Positions 33,268 through 42,515 of a DNA stretch of 64,000 nt are shown one piece after another. Every line of letters starts with the position of its first letter. Within the stretch, counting starts at the first letter, position 1. The position numbers and the translations under genes are program-made. Location: positions 303,417 through 367,416 of the forward strand of contig OY970290.1 of NCBI GenBank assembly GCA_963716205.1, read 5' to 3'. The notes under the pieces are model-generated. The model did not search any database. It saw only the letters and a list, made by a program, of their open reading frames with translations, and was not told where the DNA came from. This stretch comes from an uncultured bacterium. GTDB taxonomy: Bacteria > Patescibacteriota > Minisyncoccia > Phycocordibacterales > GWA1-40-21.

Positions 33268-33516
33268 TTAATTGGTTGAAGTCGATTCAAGATTTGCTTC
33301 ATCCGAATTCAAATCATTGAGCTGCGCATCAAGATTCGACATATCTTGATTGATCGCAGTATCTGAAGTATCAGTCGTTGAAGCGACATAAGTGCTTTCC
33401 TGTTCCTGCGATTGATTCGTCTCTACCGTATTTGATTTTGGTATGTACGCCCAAATGATTGCAATGACCGCAATTAAAATAATGATGATCAATATTGTTT
33501 TTGCCGTTTTTGACAT
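33268..33516 (-). CDS. Small membrane-anchored acidic protein
   Basis: N-terminal TM, acidic tail. Confidence 0.65.
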   Translation of the reverse strand: MSKTAKTILIIIILIAVIAIIWAYIPKSNTVETNQSQEQESTYVASTTDTSDTAINQDMSNLDAQLNDLNSDEANLESTSTN

Positions 33517-33568
33517 AAAGTTAAAATTAAATCTATTAAAATTACAACTCTAATTATACACCTTTCAA

Positions 33569-35968
33569 TTATTTATTCAACAATGCTCTTGTCAAGGGTC
33601 CTACGCTTCCGACTTGTTGCAAGCCATTTTCTGCCTGAAATTGTATAACTGCGGCATACGTCAAACTTCCAAAATATCCTGTAATCGGACCGTTATAAAC
33701 TCCAAGCTGTGTCAGTCGCGTTTGAAGTTCGGTGACATCATAACTTCTTTCCCCATATCGTATCGGTGATGAGAAGATATACTGGCCACTTGAAACTATC
33801 GGAGTAGAAACCGGAGTTTGAACGGGAACGGATGTCACTGTTACAAAGAGCGGCTGGCAATTGCCGGTATTTGAACATATGGTAACTGATGCCGATCCGG
33901 AATTCACGCCATTCAAGACGAGAAGATCTCCATTAATATTTGCGTTAAAATACGAATTGATGCTTGAAGAGATGGAATAACTAGATGCACCGGACATTGT
34001 TACATATGCTGATTGTCCAACTTCAACTGTCGGATTAACTGGGCTGAATGTAATAACAGATGCAACACTTTCGGCATTTACTGTAATAAAAAGCGGAGAG
34101 CAGCTGTTTGACGAGGCACATACAACAGCGATTGCAGATCCGCTACTTACGCCGGTAACCGTCAGAATATTTCCCGAGATGGTAACTTGCGCCGCGTTTG
34201 GATTACTGTTTGATGCGAGAGAATAATAATTGCTTGCACCGCCAGAAACACTGACAGTAGTATTTTGTCCTGTTGATAATGTTACCGTATTCGGACTAAA
34301 AATTGGATTTGCCGTTGAGCTGATACTACCATTTGAACTGATGACATTCATCGAAAGTATATTACACTGACCTCCACTTTGACAGACGGTGATATTGGTA
34401 CTGCCCAAACTGTTTGCAGTGATAATAATTCCGGATCCGGTGAGTGTATATGAAGCAACGGATGGATTGGTATTTGTGGTGACATAGTATTCTCCAGTAC
34501 CGGTAAATGAAACGGAAGCATTTTGTCCGGCGGTCATTGAAAAATTATTCTGGCTGAAAGCCGGTTGCAGATTTCCAGAACCAACTCCCGCAGAATTAAC
34601 CGTAACGCTAAGTCCTACGCATCCCCCGCCGGCAGAACAAACAGAAAGAATGGATGATCCGGCGGAAAGACCTGTTATATTGATAATATTATTTGAAAGT
34701 GATGATTGAAAAATTCCACTGACCGTCGGCGTCGCTAAACTGTATGGCGCTTCACCGCCAGAAACAGTAACCGAAAGCGTTTGTCCCAAAAGGAGGGTAA
34801 TTGAAGATTGGCTCAAGGACATTGCTCCGCCGGTTGCAGTATAGCTTACCGTCGGCGTGATAGTGCTGCAGCTTCCGCTTGTTGAACAAACAGTGATTGT
34901 CGCGGTTCCCGTTGTATCTCCATACAGATTCAAAGTATTTCCGGAAATTGTCGGACTGACGACAGACGGATTGGAATTTGAAGATATTGTGTATGTGCCG
35001 CTTCCGCCTGAAATTGAAATCGGCAATGTTTGTCCTGTTGCAAGAGTCGGATATGTTTGGCTGAATGTAACACCGGTCGTCGACACAGCTCCGATGGTCG
35101 CATTAATAATTCCACAGGAACTCATATCGCTTGAACAAACAGTAATTGAAGCACTTCCACCTGTTCCCGTCCCATAAAGATTGATTGTATTTCCATTTAT
35201 CAAGCTTGCAGTGATTACTGAAGAATTTGAATTCGTTAATATAGTGTATGATCCTGTTCCGCCAGAAATGGTAATTGGCACCGTTTGTCCGTTTGCAACC
35301 GTAATATTATTTTGATTGAACGTAATCGGCTGTATCGAACTATTATTTTGCGATGGCACCGTAACATACAAACTTCCGCAATTTGTCGTTTGATTGAGCG
35401 GACAAACAGTAAGAACGCTTGAGCCGACGCTTAAAGCGGTGAATGTAATTTGATCGCCTGAGATACCGACATTGGTAGTGACGGCAGGATTTGAATTATT
35501 TGATATATATAATGTGCCGGTGTTGTCGTTCGGATTTATCGTAACGGTTGTTGTTTGACCGACAGTCATGACCAAGCTTGTTTGAGAAAAAGAAACTGCG
35601 GTATTTGCGACAGAGGCTGAAATATTCGGCCATGCGACAGCTTGCGATTGCTGTCCGTCAACGACCACGTATGTGGAACCGCCGGAAGCGATATTGTATT
35701 GCGTTGAATTCAAAACGATCGAAGCAGTGCCGTTTGCAGCTGTTGTGCCGATCGGCTCGATCGATAATCCCTGGCTTGTGCTCTGATAATAAAATACAAC
35801 GCTTGAATTCGGATCACCGACGACATCGACCTCAACGTTACTTCCGTTGATATTTGAAAATGAAAGCGATGGCGTCATTGCGTATGCATTTCCCGTAAAA
35901 ATGAAAAAAGCCGCAAAAGTAAAAACACTTGCAAGTAATGAAAAAACAGATTTTTTAGAAAAGATCAT
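33569..35968 (-). CDS. Secreted surface protein with 7 Ig-like repeats and C-terminal peptidoglycan-binding domain
   Basis: Signal peptide; seven ~85-aa repeats (FSQ..GQ..SGG..YS..SNS..ITVC-x3-7-C); VTELQTRL..GYFGSLT..AV..FQ..GPLTRALLN PG_binding_1-like end. Confidence 0.8.
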   Translation of the reverse strand: MIFSKKSVFSLLASVFTFAAFFIFTGNAYAMTPSLSFSNINGSNVEVDVVGDPNSSVVFYYQSTSQGLSIEPIGTTAANGTASIVLNSTQYNIASGGSTYVVVDGQQSQAVAWPNISASVANTAVSFSQTSLVMTVGQTTTVTINPNDNTGTLYISNNSNPAVTTNVGISGDQITFTALSVGSSVLTVCPLNQTTNCGSLYVTVPSQNNSSIQPITFNQNNITVANGQTVPITISGGTGSYTILTNSNSSVITASLINGNTINLYGTGTGGSASITVCSSDMSSCGIINATIGAVSTTGVTFSQTYPTLATGQTLPISISGGSGTYTISSNSNPSVVSPTISGNTLNLYGDTTGTATITVCSTSGSCSTITPTVSYTATGGAMSLSQSSITLLLGQTLSVTVSGGEAPYSLATPTVSGIFQSSLSNNIINITGLSAGSSILSVCSAGGGCVGLSVTVNSAGVGSGNLQPAFSQNNFSMTAGQNASVSFTGTGEYYVTTNTNPSVASYTLTGSGIIITANSLGSTNITVCQSGGQCNILSMNVISSNGSISSTANPIFSPNTVTLSTGQNTTVSVSGGASNYYSLASNSNPNAAQVTISGNILTVTGVSSGSAIAVVCASSNSCSPLFITVNAESVASVITFSPVNPTVEVGQSAYVTMSGASSYSISSSINSYFNANINGDLLVLNGVNSGSASVTICSNTGNCQPLFVTVTSVPVQTPVSTPIVSSGQYIFSSPIRYGERSYDVTELQTRLTQLGVYNGPITGYFGSLTYAAVIQFQAENGLQQVGSVGPLTRALLNK

Positions 35969-36048
35969 AATACATTTGTTATTTTTAATAATCGATTACA
36001 ATTATATATCATTGGCATAAAAATAAACAGTGCTGTTCAATTCAATTA

Positions 36049-36074
36049 TACGTTTTTTGCTTCAAAAGGGTGCG
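36049..36074 (-). promoter_or_regulatory. Putative ECF promoter CGCACC-N16-CGTA
   Basis: Third copy of the motif, upstream of the surface-protein gene. Confidence 0.5.
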
Positions 36075-36105
36075 AAGGATAATATTCTTTGATATACTTG
36101 TCCGC

Positions 36106-37473
36106 ATGAAGCTTTATCGATGCATCATAAGCGGTGTTATATTGTTTATTTTTCTTTTTCCATTCAATGTATTTAATGCCCTAGCCCAAACACTCACCGA
36201 AGCTGAAAAAGAACAACTGCAAACAGAGCTTAATCAAGTTTTACAAGAAGAACAGCAGGCACAAGCCAGTCTTGCCACGGCGCAATCGCAATCTTCTTCT
36301 TTGCAAAACACCATCAATACATTGAATGCAAAAATCAAAGTCGAGCAATTGGATATTCAGGCGAAAAATCTGACTATTCAGACGCTCGGTGAAAATATTA
36401 CCGATACGCAAAATCAAATCGACAGCCTCGGCGACCAGATTCAAAATAACACGCAAGATATTGAAGGCATGTTTAGGCAGCTTCAGCAGGCGGACTCAAC
36501 TTCCCTTCTTGAAATTATTCTTTCAAACCAAACGATATCCGGTGCGGTTGAAGATACAAACAATCTGGAGCTTCTTCAGCAGGATCTGGACACGCTTTCC
36601 GCGGAACTTTCAGATGAAGAGGCATCAAGCACGGTTGCAAAAGGCGTTCTCGTGACAAAACAAAATGCCGCAACTGATGCATTGTATGCAATCCAGCAAG
36701 AGCAAGATACGTTGAAGACAAATCAAGATCAGCAGAAACAATTATTATCAATCAGCAAGAGCAATGAAAAAGCATACTCGGCTGCCGTTGCTGCGGCGCA
36801 GAAAGAAGCTGATGCAATCAACGCAAAGCTCTTTGCACTTGCCGGCGGATCCAACCCGATCAATTTCGGCGAGGCGTATCAATATGCTCTGACTGCGCAA
36901 AAAGCGACCGGCGTTGATCCGGCATTTCTTCTGGCTATTCTCACCCAGGAATCAAATCTCGGGACAGATCAGGGAAATTGTTATCTTGCAAATGATGAGA
37001 CAGGAGCAGGAGTAAGCGTTAAAACCGGTGCAGCAAAACCACGCACCATGAGTCCGACACGTGATGTTCCGCCGTTTCTCACCATCACAAGTGATTTGGG
37101 TGTTGATCCCCATAACACGGTTGTCTCATGCTGGCAGCCTGCTTACACTGCAAGTGGAAATCCATCTGGCTGGGGTGGGGCGATGGGACCGGCACAATTT
37201 ATTGCATCCACATGGATGGGTTTGGTAAATGATCTTGATTCAGAGCTTGGCATTACCGGCATGCCAAATCCATGGAATCCAGAAGATGCATTTACCGCTT
37301 CAGCTACGTATCTTTCCGATCTTGGCGCTTCCGAAGGAGGTTATACGGCAGAAATGAAAGCGGCATGCAGGTATTATGGCAGCGGCGGTTCATCATGTTC
37401 CTACGGCTCAAGCGTCATGGCGCTCGCGTCGACAATTCAGCAGACGGAGATCAATAAACTGCAGGGCTTATAA
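36106..37473 (+). CDS. Coiled-coil lytic murein transglycosylase (PcsB-like N-term plus SLT/MltB-like domain)
   Basis: Signal peptide; long coiled coil; LAILTQES; GAMGPAQFI; start at ATG 36106 after TGATATACT. Confidence 0.85.
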   Translation: MKLYRCIISGVILFIFLFPFNVFNALAQTLTEAEKEQLQTELNQVLQEEQQAQASLATAQSQSSSLQNTINTLNAKIKVEQLDIQAKNLTIQTLGENITDTQNQIDSLGDQIQNNTQDIEGMFRQLQQADSTSLLEIILSNQTISGAVEDTNNLELLQQDLDTLSAELSDEEASSTVAKGVLVTKQNAATDALYAIQQEQDTLKTNQDQQKQLLSISKSNEKAYSAAVAAAQKEADAINAKLFALAGGSNPINFGEAYQYALTAQKATGVDPAFLLAILTQESNLGTDQGNCYLANDETGAGVSVKTGAAKPRTMSPTRDVPPFLTITSDLGVDPHNTVVSCWQPAYTASGNPSGWGGAMGPAQFIASTWMGLVNDLDSELGITGMPNPWNPEDAFTASATYLSDLGASEGGYTAEMKAACRYYGSGGSSCSYGSSVMALASTIQQTEINKLQGL

Positions 37474-37484
37474 TTTAAATTAGC

Positions 37485-38339
37485 ATGATTTCATTTTTTC
37501 AGGCAATCATCATCGGGCTTGTTCAGGGAGTGACAGAGCTTTTTCCCGTTTCAAGTCTCGGACATTCTGTTTTGTTGCCGGCGATTTTCGGCTGGGGTAT
37601 AAATCAAAACAGCAATATTTTTCTTACGTTTCTCGTAGCTACACATTTTGCCACGGCGCTGGTGCTTTTCTTTTTCTTTTTCAAGGATTGGATTTTGATC
37701 ATCAAAGCAATTTTCCGATCATTGAAAAATCGTATTATCAATATAAATGACATCTATGAAAAGCTCGGCTGGATGATCGTCATTGCCACGATTCCCGTCG
37801 GTATTTTTGGCGTTCTTTTTCAGGACAAAGTGCAGGCGCTTCTTGCGGGCGCAAAATATGTTTCCATTTTTTTGATTCTCAACGGTTGTTTGCTTTTTGG
37901 CTCAGAATATTTGAGAAAGAAAAAAGAAATTTCAGCGGATAGTAATGTTGATGCAAAAATTATAAAAATTTCTTGGTTTGATTCCGTGAAAGTCGGTCTG
38001 GCAGAGTGTATTGCTTTGATACCCGGATTTTCACGCACCGGCTCGACGCTTGGTGCAGGACTTTTTGTCGGTCTTGATCACGAAGCTGCAGCCAGATTTT
38101 CTTTCTTGCTTGCCACGCCGGTTATTTTTGCCGCGGCACTTTTGAAACTTCCGGATTTATTTCACCTTGATTCCAAGACTTCATTGCCGATTTTTGTTGG
38201 TGCACTTTTCGCCGCACTCGGTGCGTATTTTTCTGTGAAATTTTTGAGCAAGTATTTTAAAACAAAAACACTTACTCCATTTGCAGTCTATTGTGTTCTT
38301 GCAGGAGCAATTTCTTTTTGTATTTTAATTATTCGCTGA
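37485..38339 (+). CDS. uppP: Undecaprenyl-diphosphate phosphatase
   Basis: QGVTELFPVSSLGH; PGFSRTGST; RFSFLL. Confidence 0.95.
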   Translation: MISFFQAIIIGLVQGVTELFPVSSLGHSVLLPAIFGWGINQNSNIFLTFLVATHFATALVLFFFFFKDWILIIKAIFRSLKNRIININDIYEKLGWMIVIATIPVGIFGVLFQDKVQALLAGAKYVSIFLILNGCLLFGSEYLRKKKEISADSNVDAKIIKISWFDSVKVGLAECIALIPGFSRTGSTLGAGLFVGLDHEAAARFSFLLATPVIFAAALLKLPDLFHLDSKTSLPIFVGALFAALGAYFSVKFLSKYFKTKTLTPFAVYCVLAGAISFCILIIR

Positions 38340-38552
38340 TTTCTTTCCGCTTTGAAACCATGCGTAGGCAAAAAGTGCCAGCGCAAGCAGAAGCGAGAGA
38401 AGCCCGTGTTTGAAATGAATTGTCGTTGAGTCAATTTGAAAACCAGGAAAATATGTCGGAAGAGATCCAGCAGCAGTTGTCCAATATAAGATTGTTAAAA
38501 TAACAAATCCGATTCCCAATAAAACCGATACTATAATTAATATTTTTTTCAT
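38325..38552 (-). CDS. Small two-TM membrane protein
   Basis: Two hydrophobic helices around LPTYFPG..HFKHG. Confidence 0.65.
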   Translation of the reverse strand: MKKILIIVSVLLGIGFVILTILYWTTAAGSLPTYFPGFQIDSTTIHFKHGLLSLLLALALFAYAWFQSGKKSANN

Positions 38553-38557
38553 ATTTT

Positions 38558-39175
38558 TTAAAACCCCAATTTTTCTTTCACAATGATGACATGGAAAACT
38601 CTTCCCGACATCGGATTTTCTCCGTAAATGATAAGCGTTTTATTATTTGTGGTATGAGCTTTATATACACTCATCATGCGAGCATCTTCAAGCGGCACGA
38701 CATAACCTTCAAGCCGTTTCATCCCCTCTTCGATATTTGGAACGATTTTCTGCGCGCCGACGACGAGTATCAGATTTTTGGAAGTAAAGACTAGATGTGG
38801 CAGCTGGCTTCCGGAATTTGAGGCAACAATCATCCTCCCATTTTCCACGAGTGCGTGAACGCTACCCAAATAAAAATCCGAAAGGACCGACTGTTGTCTC
38901 AATTCCGCCCGCTTTGCCGCGTCATTTTCAGCAAAAATATTGGCATGCAGATCATTCCAGCCATGTTTGCCATCCTTCAGATATTGCATAAAACCGATTT
39001 CTTCGAGAGTGGTCGACGAACCATTCATGACGGAAACCCCGGCGGGAATAAGCTCTTTTATTTTTGCCAAAGCTTCCTCTTTATTTGAAACGACAATTGG
39101 ATTAAAATTTTTGCCTTTCAATGCTTCGGCAGTTTTTTGTATTATTTCATCCGATGCGATTTGATCATAATTCAT
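38558..39175 (-). CDS. LUD-domain (lactate utilization-like) protein
   Basis: GSSTTL..IG; GSVHA; VVGAQKIV; ends LGF. Confidence 0.8.
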   Translation of the reverse strand: MNYDQIASDEIIQKTAEALKGKNFNPIVVSNKEEALAKIKELIPAGVSVMNGSSTTLEEIGFMQYLKDGKHGWNDLHANIFAENDAAKRAELRQQSVLSDFYLGSVHALVENGRMIVASNSGSQLPHLVFTSKNLILVVGAQKIVPNIEEGMKRLEGYVVPLEDARMMSVYKAHTTNNKTLIIYGENPMSGRVFHVIIVKEKLGF

Positions 39176-39217
39176 ATATTTTTTGAAAATTAAAAACTCA
39201 ATAACAATAGTATTATA

Positions 39218-39979
39218 CTATTCTTCGATTTTTCTCAAAGCTCTGACAGACCAGTAAAACATGGCACTCATCAAAAGAAAGGTGACGATAAATCCGACAA
39301 CAACATCTCCATTTAGAATTGCACCGGCAAATAAATCCCTTGATGCGTTCACCGTGTAATAAAACGGATTTATTTTTGCCAAATCCAAAAGCCAAAAAGG
39401 TGCGAGCGCAAGCGGAAGCATGATGCCGGAAAGAAGTGATACTGGTAAAGTTATCGTATTGAGCGTCGGCGCCATATTGTCCTCGGTTTTATAAATCAGG
39501 GCAAACGCATACGACATAGACGCCATGGAAATCGCAATCATGATATACAGCGGAATGGAAACCAGAAATCCCCAAAAGCTTATTGAAAGCCCGAACGGTA
39601 TTGCTACGATGGTGATGAGAAAGACTTGAAGCAAAAGGATGAATGCATCGTGCAGTACTCTTCCCGCAAGTATTGCCGAGCGTTTAACGGGAGTGACGAG
39701 AAATCTCTCGACTACTCCGCTGCGAATATCATCAATCAAATTGTAGCCGACAAATGCTGAGCCAAAAAGCGACATCATCACGAGAAGTCCCGGAATAAAA
39801 ATCTGTACGGTCTTCCCCGCCGGCAATCCCGGCTCGCCGCCAAGCCCGCCGAGAAGCGGCATGAACAAGACCATATACAAAATCGGCTGGAACATATCCA
39901 AAAGCAGATACAGCGGGCTTTTAAACGTATGCTGTATATTTCTCTCAAACATTAAATAAGTATCTCGCAATAATTTCAT
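39218..39979 (-). CDS. ABC-2 type transporter permease (DrrB-like)
   Basis: Six TMs; ERFLVTP; NPFYY. Confidence 0.9.
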   Translation of the reverse strand: MKLLRDTYLMFERNIQHTFKSPLYLLLDMFQPILYMVLFMPLLGGLGGEPGLPAGKTVQIFIPGLLVMMSLFGSAFVGYNLIDDIRSGVVERFLVTPVKRSAILAGRVLHDAFILLLQVFLITIVAIPFGLSISFWGFLVSIPLYIMIAISMASMSYAFALIYKTEDNMAPTLNTITLPVSLLSGIMLPLALAPFWLLDLAKINPFYYTVNASRDLFAGAILNGDVVVGFIVTFLLMSAMFYWSVRALRKIEE

Positions 39980-39983
39980 AATT

Positions 39984-40967
39984 TTATTCGTTATCTTCCC
40001 GCAATGATCTGCCGGTATATTTCAAAAACACATCATCAAGACTCGGTTCGGTCATGCTGATACTTTCCGCTTTCAGACCGCTCGTATCAAGCAAGCGCAA
40101 AATATCCGGTATCGCATGATCGCCATCCATGACATGCAAGCGAAGCGTATTTTCATGTTTTTCGGATTTCATTGAAGGAAATTTTCCCAATAAAATCTTT
40201 TCCGATCTGCCGACGATTTCAGAATTTGCAAAACTGAGCGTGATCGTGTCGGTGCCGATGCTGTTTTTCAATTCAGTCGGCGTGCCAGTCGTGATGATTT
40301 CCCCATTATCGATGATGGCAATATTGTCGCAGAGATTGTCCGCTTCTTCCATATAATGTGTGGTCAGAAATATTGTCATACCGGTCTCATTTAATTTCTG
40401 GATTTCTTCCCACATGAACGCTCTGCTTTGCGGATCAAGCCCTGTTGTCGGCTCATCGAGCAAAAGGAGCTGGGGCTGATGCGTCATGCCGAGCGCGATA
40501 TCAAGCCTCCGCAATTGCCCGCCGGAATAGCTTTCAGCGACGCGGTCTGCAAAATTCTGCATTTGAAAATGTTCAATAAGCTCTTTTGCTTTCTTTTGTG
40601 CGGAAATTTTATCAATACCATAGAGCCGTGCTTGTAGGATGAGGTTTTCATATCCGGTCGAAGCGAGGTCTGCTCCGCCTGCCTGGCTAACATAGCCGAT
40701 ATTTTTGCGGATCTCCGCCTGATCTTTTGAAATGTCAAAGCCAACGATATTGATCGTGCCGTTTGTCGGCGTCAGAAGCGTGGAAAGAATTCTCTGCGTG
40801 GTGGATTTGCCTGCGCCATTCGGGCCGAGGAAGCCGAAAATTTCCCCGCGACGAACCGTGAGATTGACTCCTTTGACCGCTTCCACTTCATTTTTCTTTC
40901 CTTTGACTTTGGAAATAAAAGTTTTTTTCAGTCCGATAGTTTCGATGATGAGATCATTTTGAGGCAT
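39984..40967 (-). CDS. ABC transporter ATP-binding protein (DrrA-like)
   Basis: GPNGAGKS; YSGGQ; LDEPTTGLDP; TTHYMEEA; PSLDDVF. Confidence 0.95.
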   Translation of the reverse strand: MPQNDLIIETIGLKKTFISKVKGKKNEVEAVKGVNLTVRRGEIFGFLGPNGAGKSTTQRILSTLLTPTNGTINIVGFDISKDQAEIRKNIGYVSQAGGADLASTGYENLILQARLYGIDKISAQKKAKELIEHFQMQNFADRVAESYSGGQLRRLDIALGMTHQPQLLLLDEPTTGLDPQSRAFMWEEIQKLNETGMTIFLTTHYMEEADNLCDNIAIIDNGEIITTGTPTELKNSIGTDTITLSFANSEIVGRSEKILLGKFPSMKSEKHENTLRLHVMDGDHAIPDILRLLDTSGLKAESISMTEPSLDDVFLKYTGRSLREDNE

Positions 40968-41002
40968 AAAAATTATTTATTGAAAATCATTATACCAAAA
41001 AA

Positions 41003-42211
41003 TTAATTTTTCCCATTATAAATTGCATTCAGCAAACTAAATGTTTTTGAACCAAAAATAGTTTCACCGGTAATATTGTATTTTTGCTGGAACGCTTTCA
41101 CCGCAAGTTCCGTGCATGTGCCGATGGATCCGCTGTGTGGACATTCGTTTCGTGTCATTCCTGCCGGAGGATAATCTCCGTCCATAATCAAAGCTGTCTG
41201 CATCGCATAAATATCTTCAGCGTTTGAATTTTTGCTTGTCACCGGTGTGTTCCATGCATAAATATTTTCACTTGGATCATAAGAAGAAGTCGCAGTGACA
41301 TTTGTATTTCCAGTATAGTAATCCTGCAAACCGAGGTATGTCTGATAGGCGAGATCTTTCAGTGCAATGGGGCGTGTGATCGGATTGACGAATTGCGGTT
41401 CATAAATGTAATCATATTCGATGAGAATGGCTGCTGGCTTTGCCGTGTTATAGGCACCGATGCCGATCAATTGAGGATCTTGAATAAGGCCAGGTTCTTG
41501 AATTGGAAGATCACTTGTCGGATTATAAAGCGACAGTCTGTTGAAAACCGCTTCAGCAACCGGCTTTGTGGTGGAACTGTTGTCATAAATATTCGGCGGA
41601 TAATATTCGACAAAGCCGGTGTATTTGCCGACCGCGTTATAGGCATTGCCGCGATAATTATTGACGCAGATATTAATCATGAAATTTATATCATTCTCAT
41701 CTGCCCACTTCGTGGCACCATAGATGCGGATTGCATCATCTGTTGGCGCAGTATTGTGAACTTCGCCATCATTAAAAATAGCCGCGATTGCCGGATTAGC
41801 CATAGCTGTCTCTTTTGCAGCCTGTTCCCAACTTACGATAGCATTCCAGTTGGTATTAAAATAATTTTGGAATGTTGGATTCCATGCTTGCGTCGTGCGG
41901 GTGACATATGTCTGATAGTTTCCATTGCCATCCAGAAACTCTTGCAAATCATCGCCGATGGTCACTGCCAAATCACGCTCATAGATTTCACCGGATGGTG
42001 TTGCCATCTGTGTTCCGCCCTCGTCCGGCTCATGGGCGGGCACGATCATGACACGGATTTTTTTACCGTTTGAAAATGTAGCAGAAGCCGTTGCAGCCAT
42101 TTTCGGTGCCGCTTTAACGGTGAATTGAAAAGAATAATGATCCGCGGCATACCAAACCCCACCGATGATTACTGCCGCCAAAAATAATTTGAAAATGAAT
42201 TTATTTTTCAC
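41003..42211 (-). CDS. N-acetylmuramoyl-L-alanine amidase-like protein (Amidase_3) with PG-binding tail
   Basis: IVPAHE; E..LA; YVTR; PAAILIEYDY; C-terminal AVKAFQQKY. Confidence 0.75.
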   Translation of the reverse strand: MKNKFIFKLFLAAVIIGGVWYAADHYSFQFTVKAAPKMAATASATFSNGKKIRVMIVPAHEPDEGGTQMATPSGEIYERDLAVTIGDDLQEFLDGNGNYQTYVTRTTQAWNPTFQNYFNTNWNAIVSWEQAAKETAMANPAIAAIFNDGEVHNTAPTDDAIRIYGATKWADENDINFMINICVNNYRGNAYNAVGKYTGFVEYYPPNIYDNSSTTKPVAEAVFNRLSLYNPTSDLPIQEPGLIQDPQLIGIGAYNTAKPAAILIEYDYIYEPQFVNPITRPIALKDLAYQTYLGLQDYYTGNTNVTATSSYDPSENIYAWNTPVTSKNSNAEDIYAMQTALIMDGDYPPAGMTRNECPHSGSIGTCTELAVKAFQQKYNITGETIFGSKTFSLLNAIYNGKN

Positions 42212-42262
42212 AGGCCAATTGTATCAGACTGAAAATAAAAAGTCATTCAAATTTTAGAAAAT

Positions 42263-42290
42263 AAAAAAGCCCATCTTTTGACGGGCTTTT
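42263..42290 (-). terminator. Intrinsic terminator
   Basis: Minus strand aaaagcccgtc-aaaa-gatgggctttttt. Confidence 0.7.
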
Positions 42291-42515
42291 GTGCTTACTT
42301 TTTCTTTCCTCGCTTCTGATTTTTCCTTGCTGTGCTCCGAAGACGACGGGTTACTCCCCAAACTGGCTGGCCGACTCGTGCTGGAACCGTAGTCGGTCAA
42401 GCACTACAATGTCGGTTTGATGAGTTTTATTGTATCAAAACGACGCGACTTGAGCTACTTAAAAAGTGACAAAAGTGACAGTTTAACGAGAAAAAGTTAC
42501 ATGGACGTGTAACTT

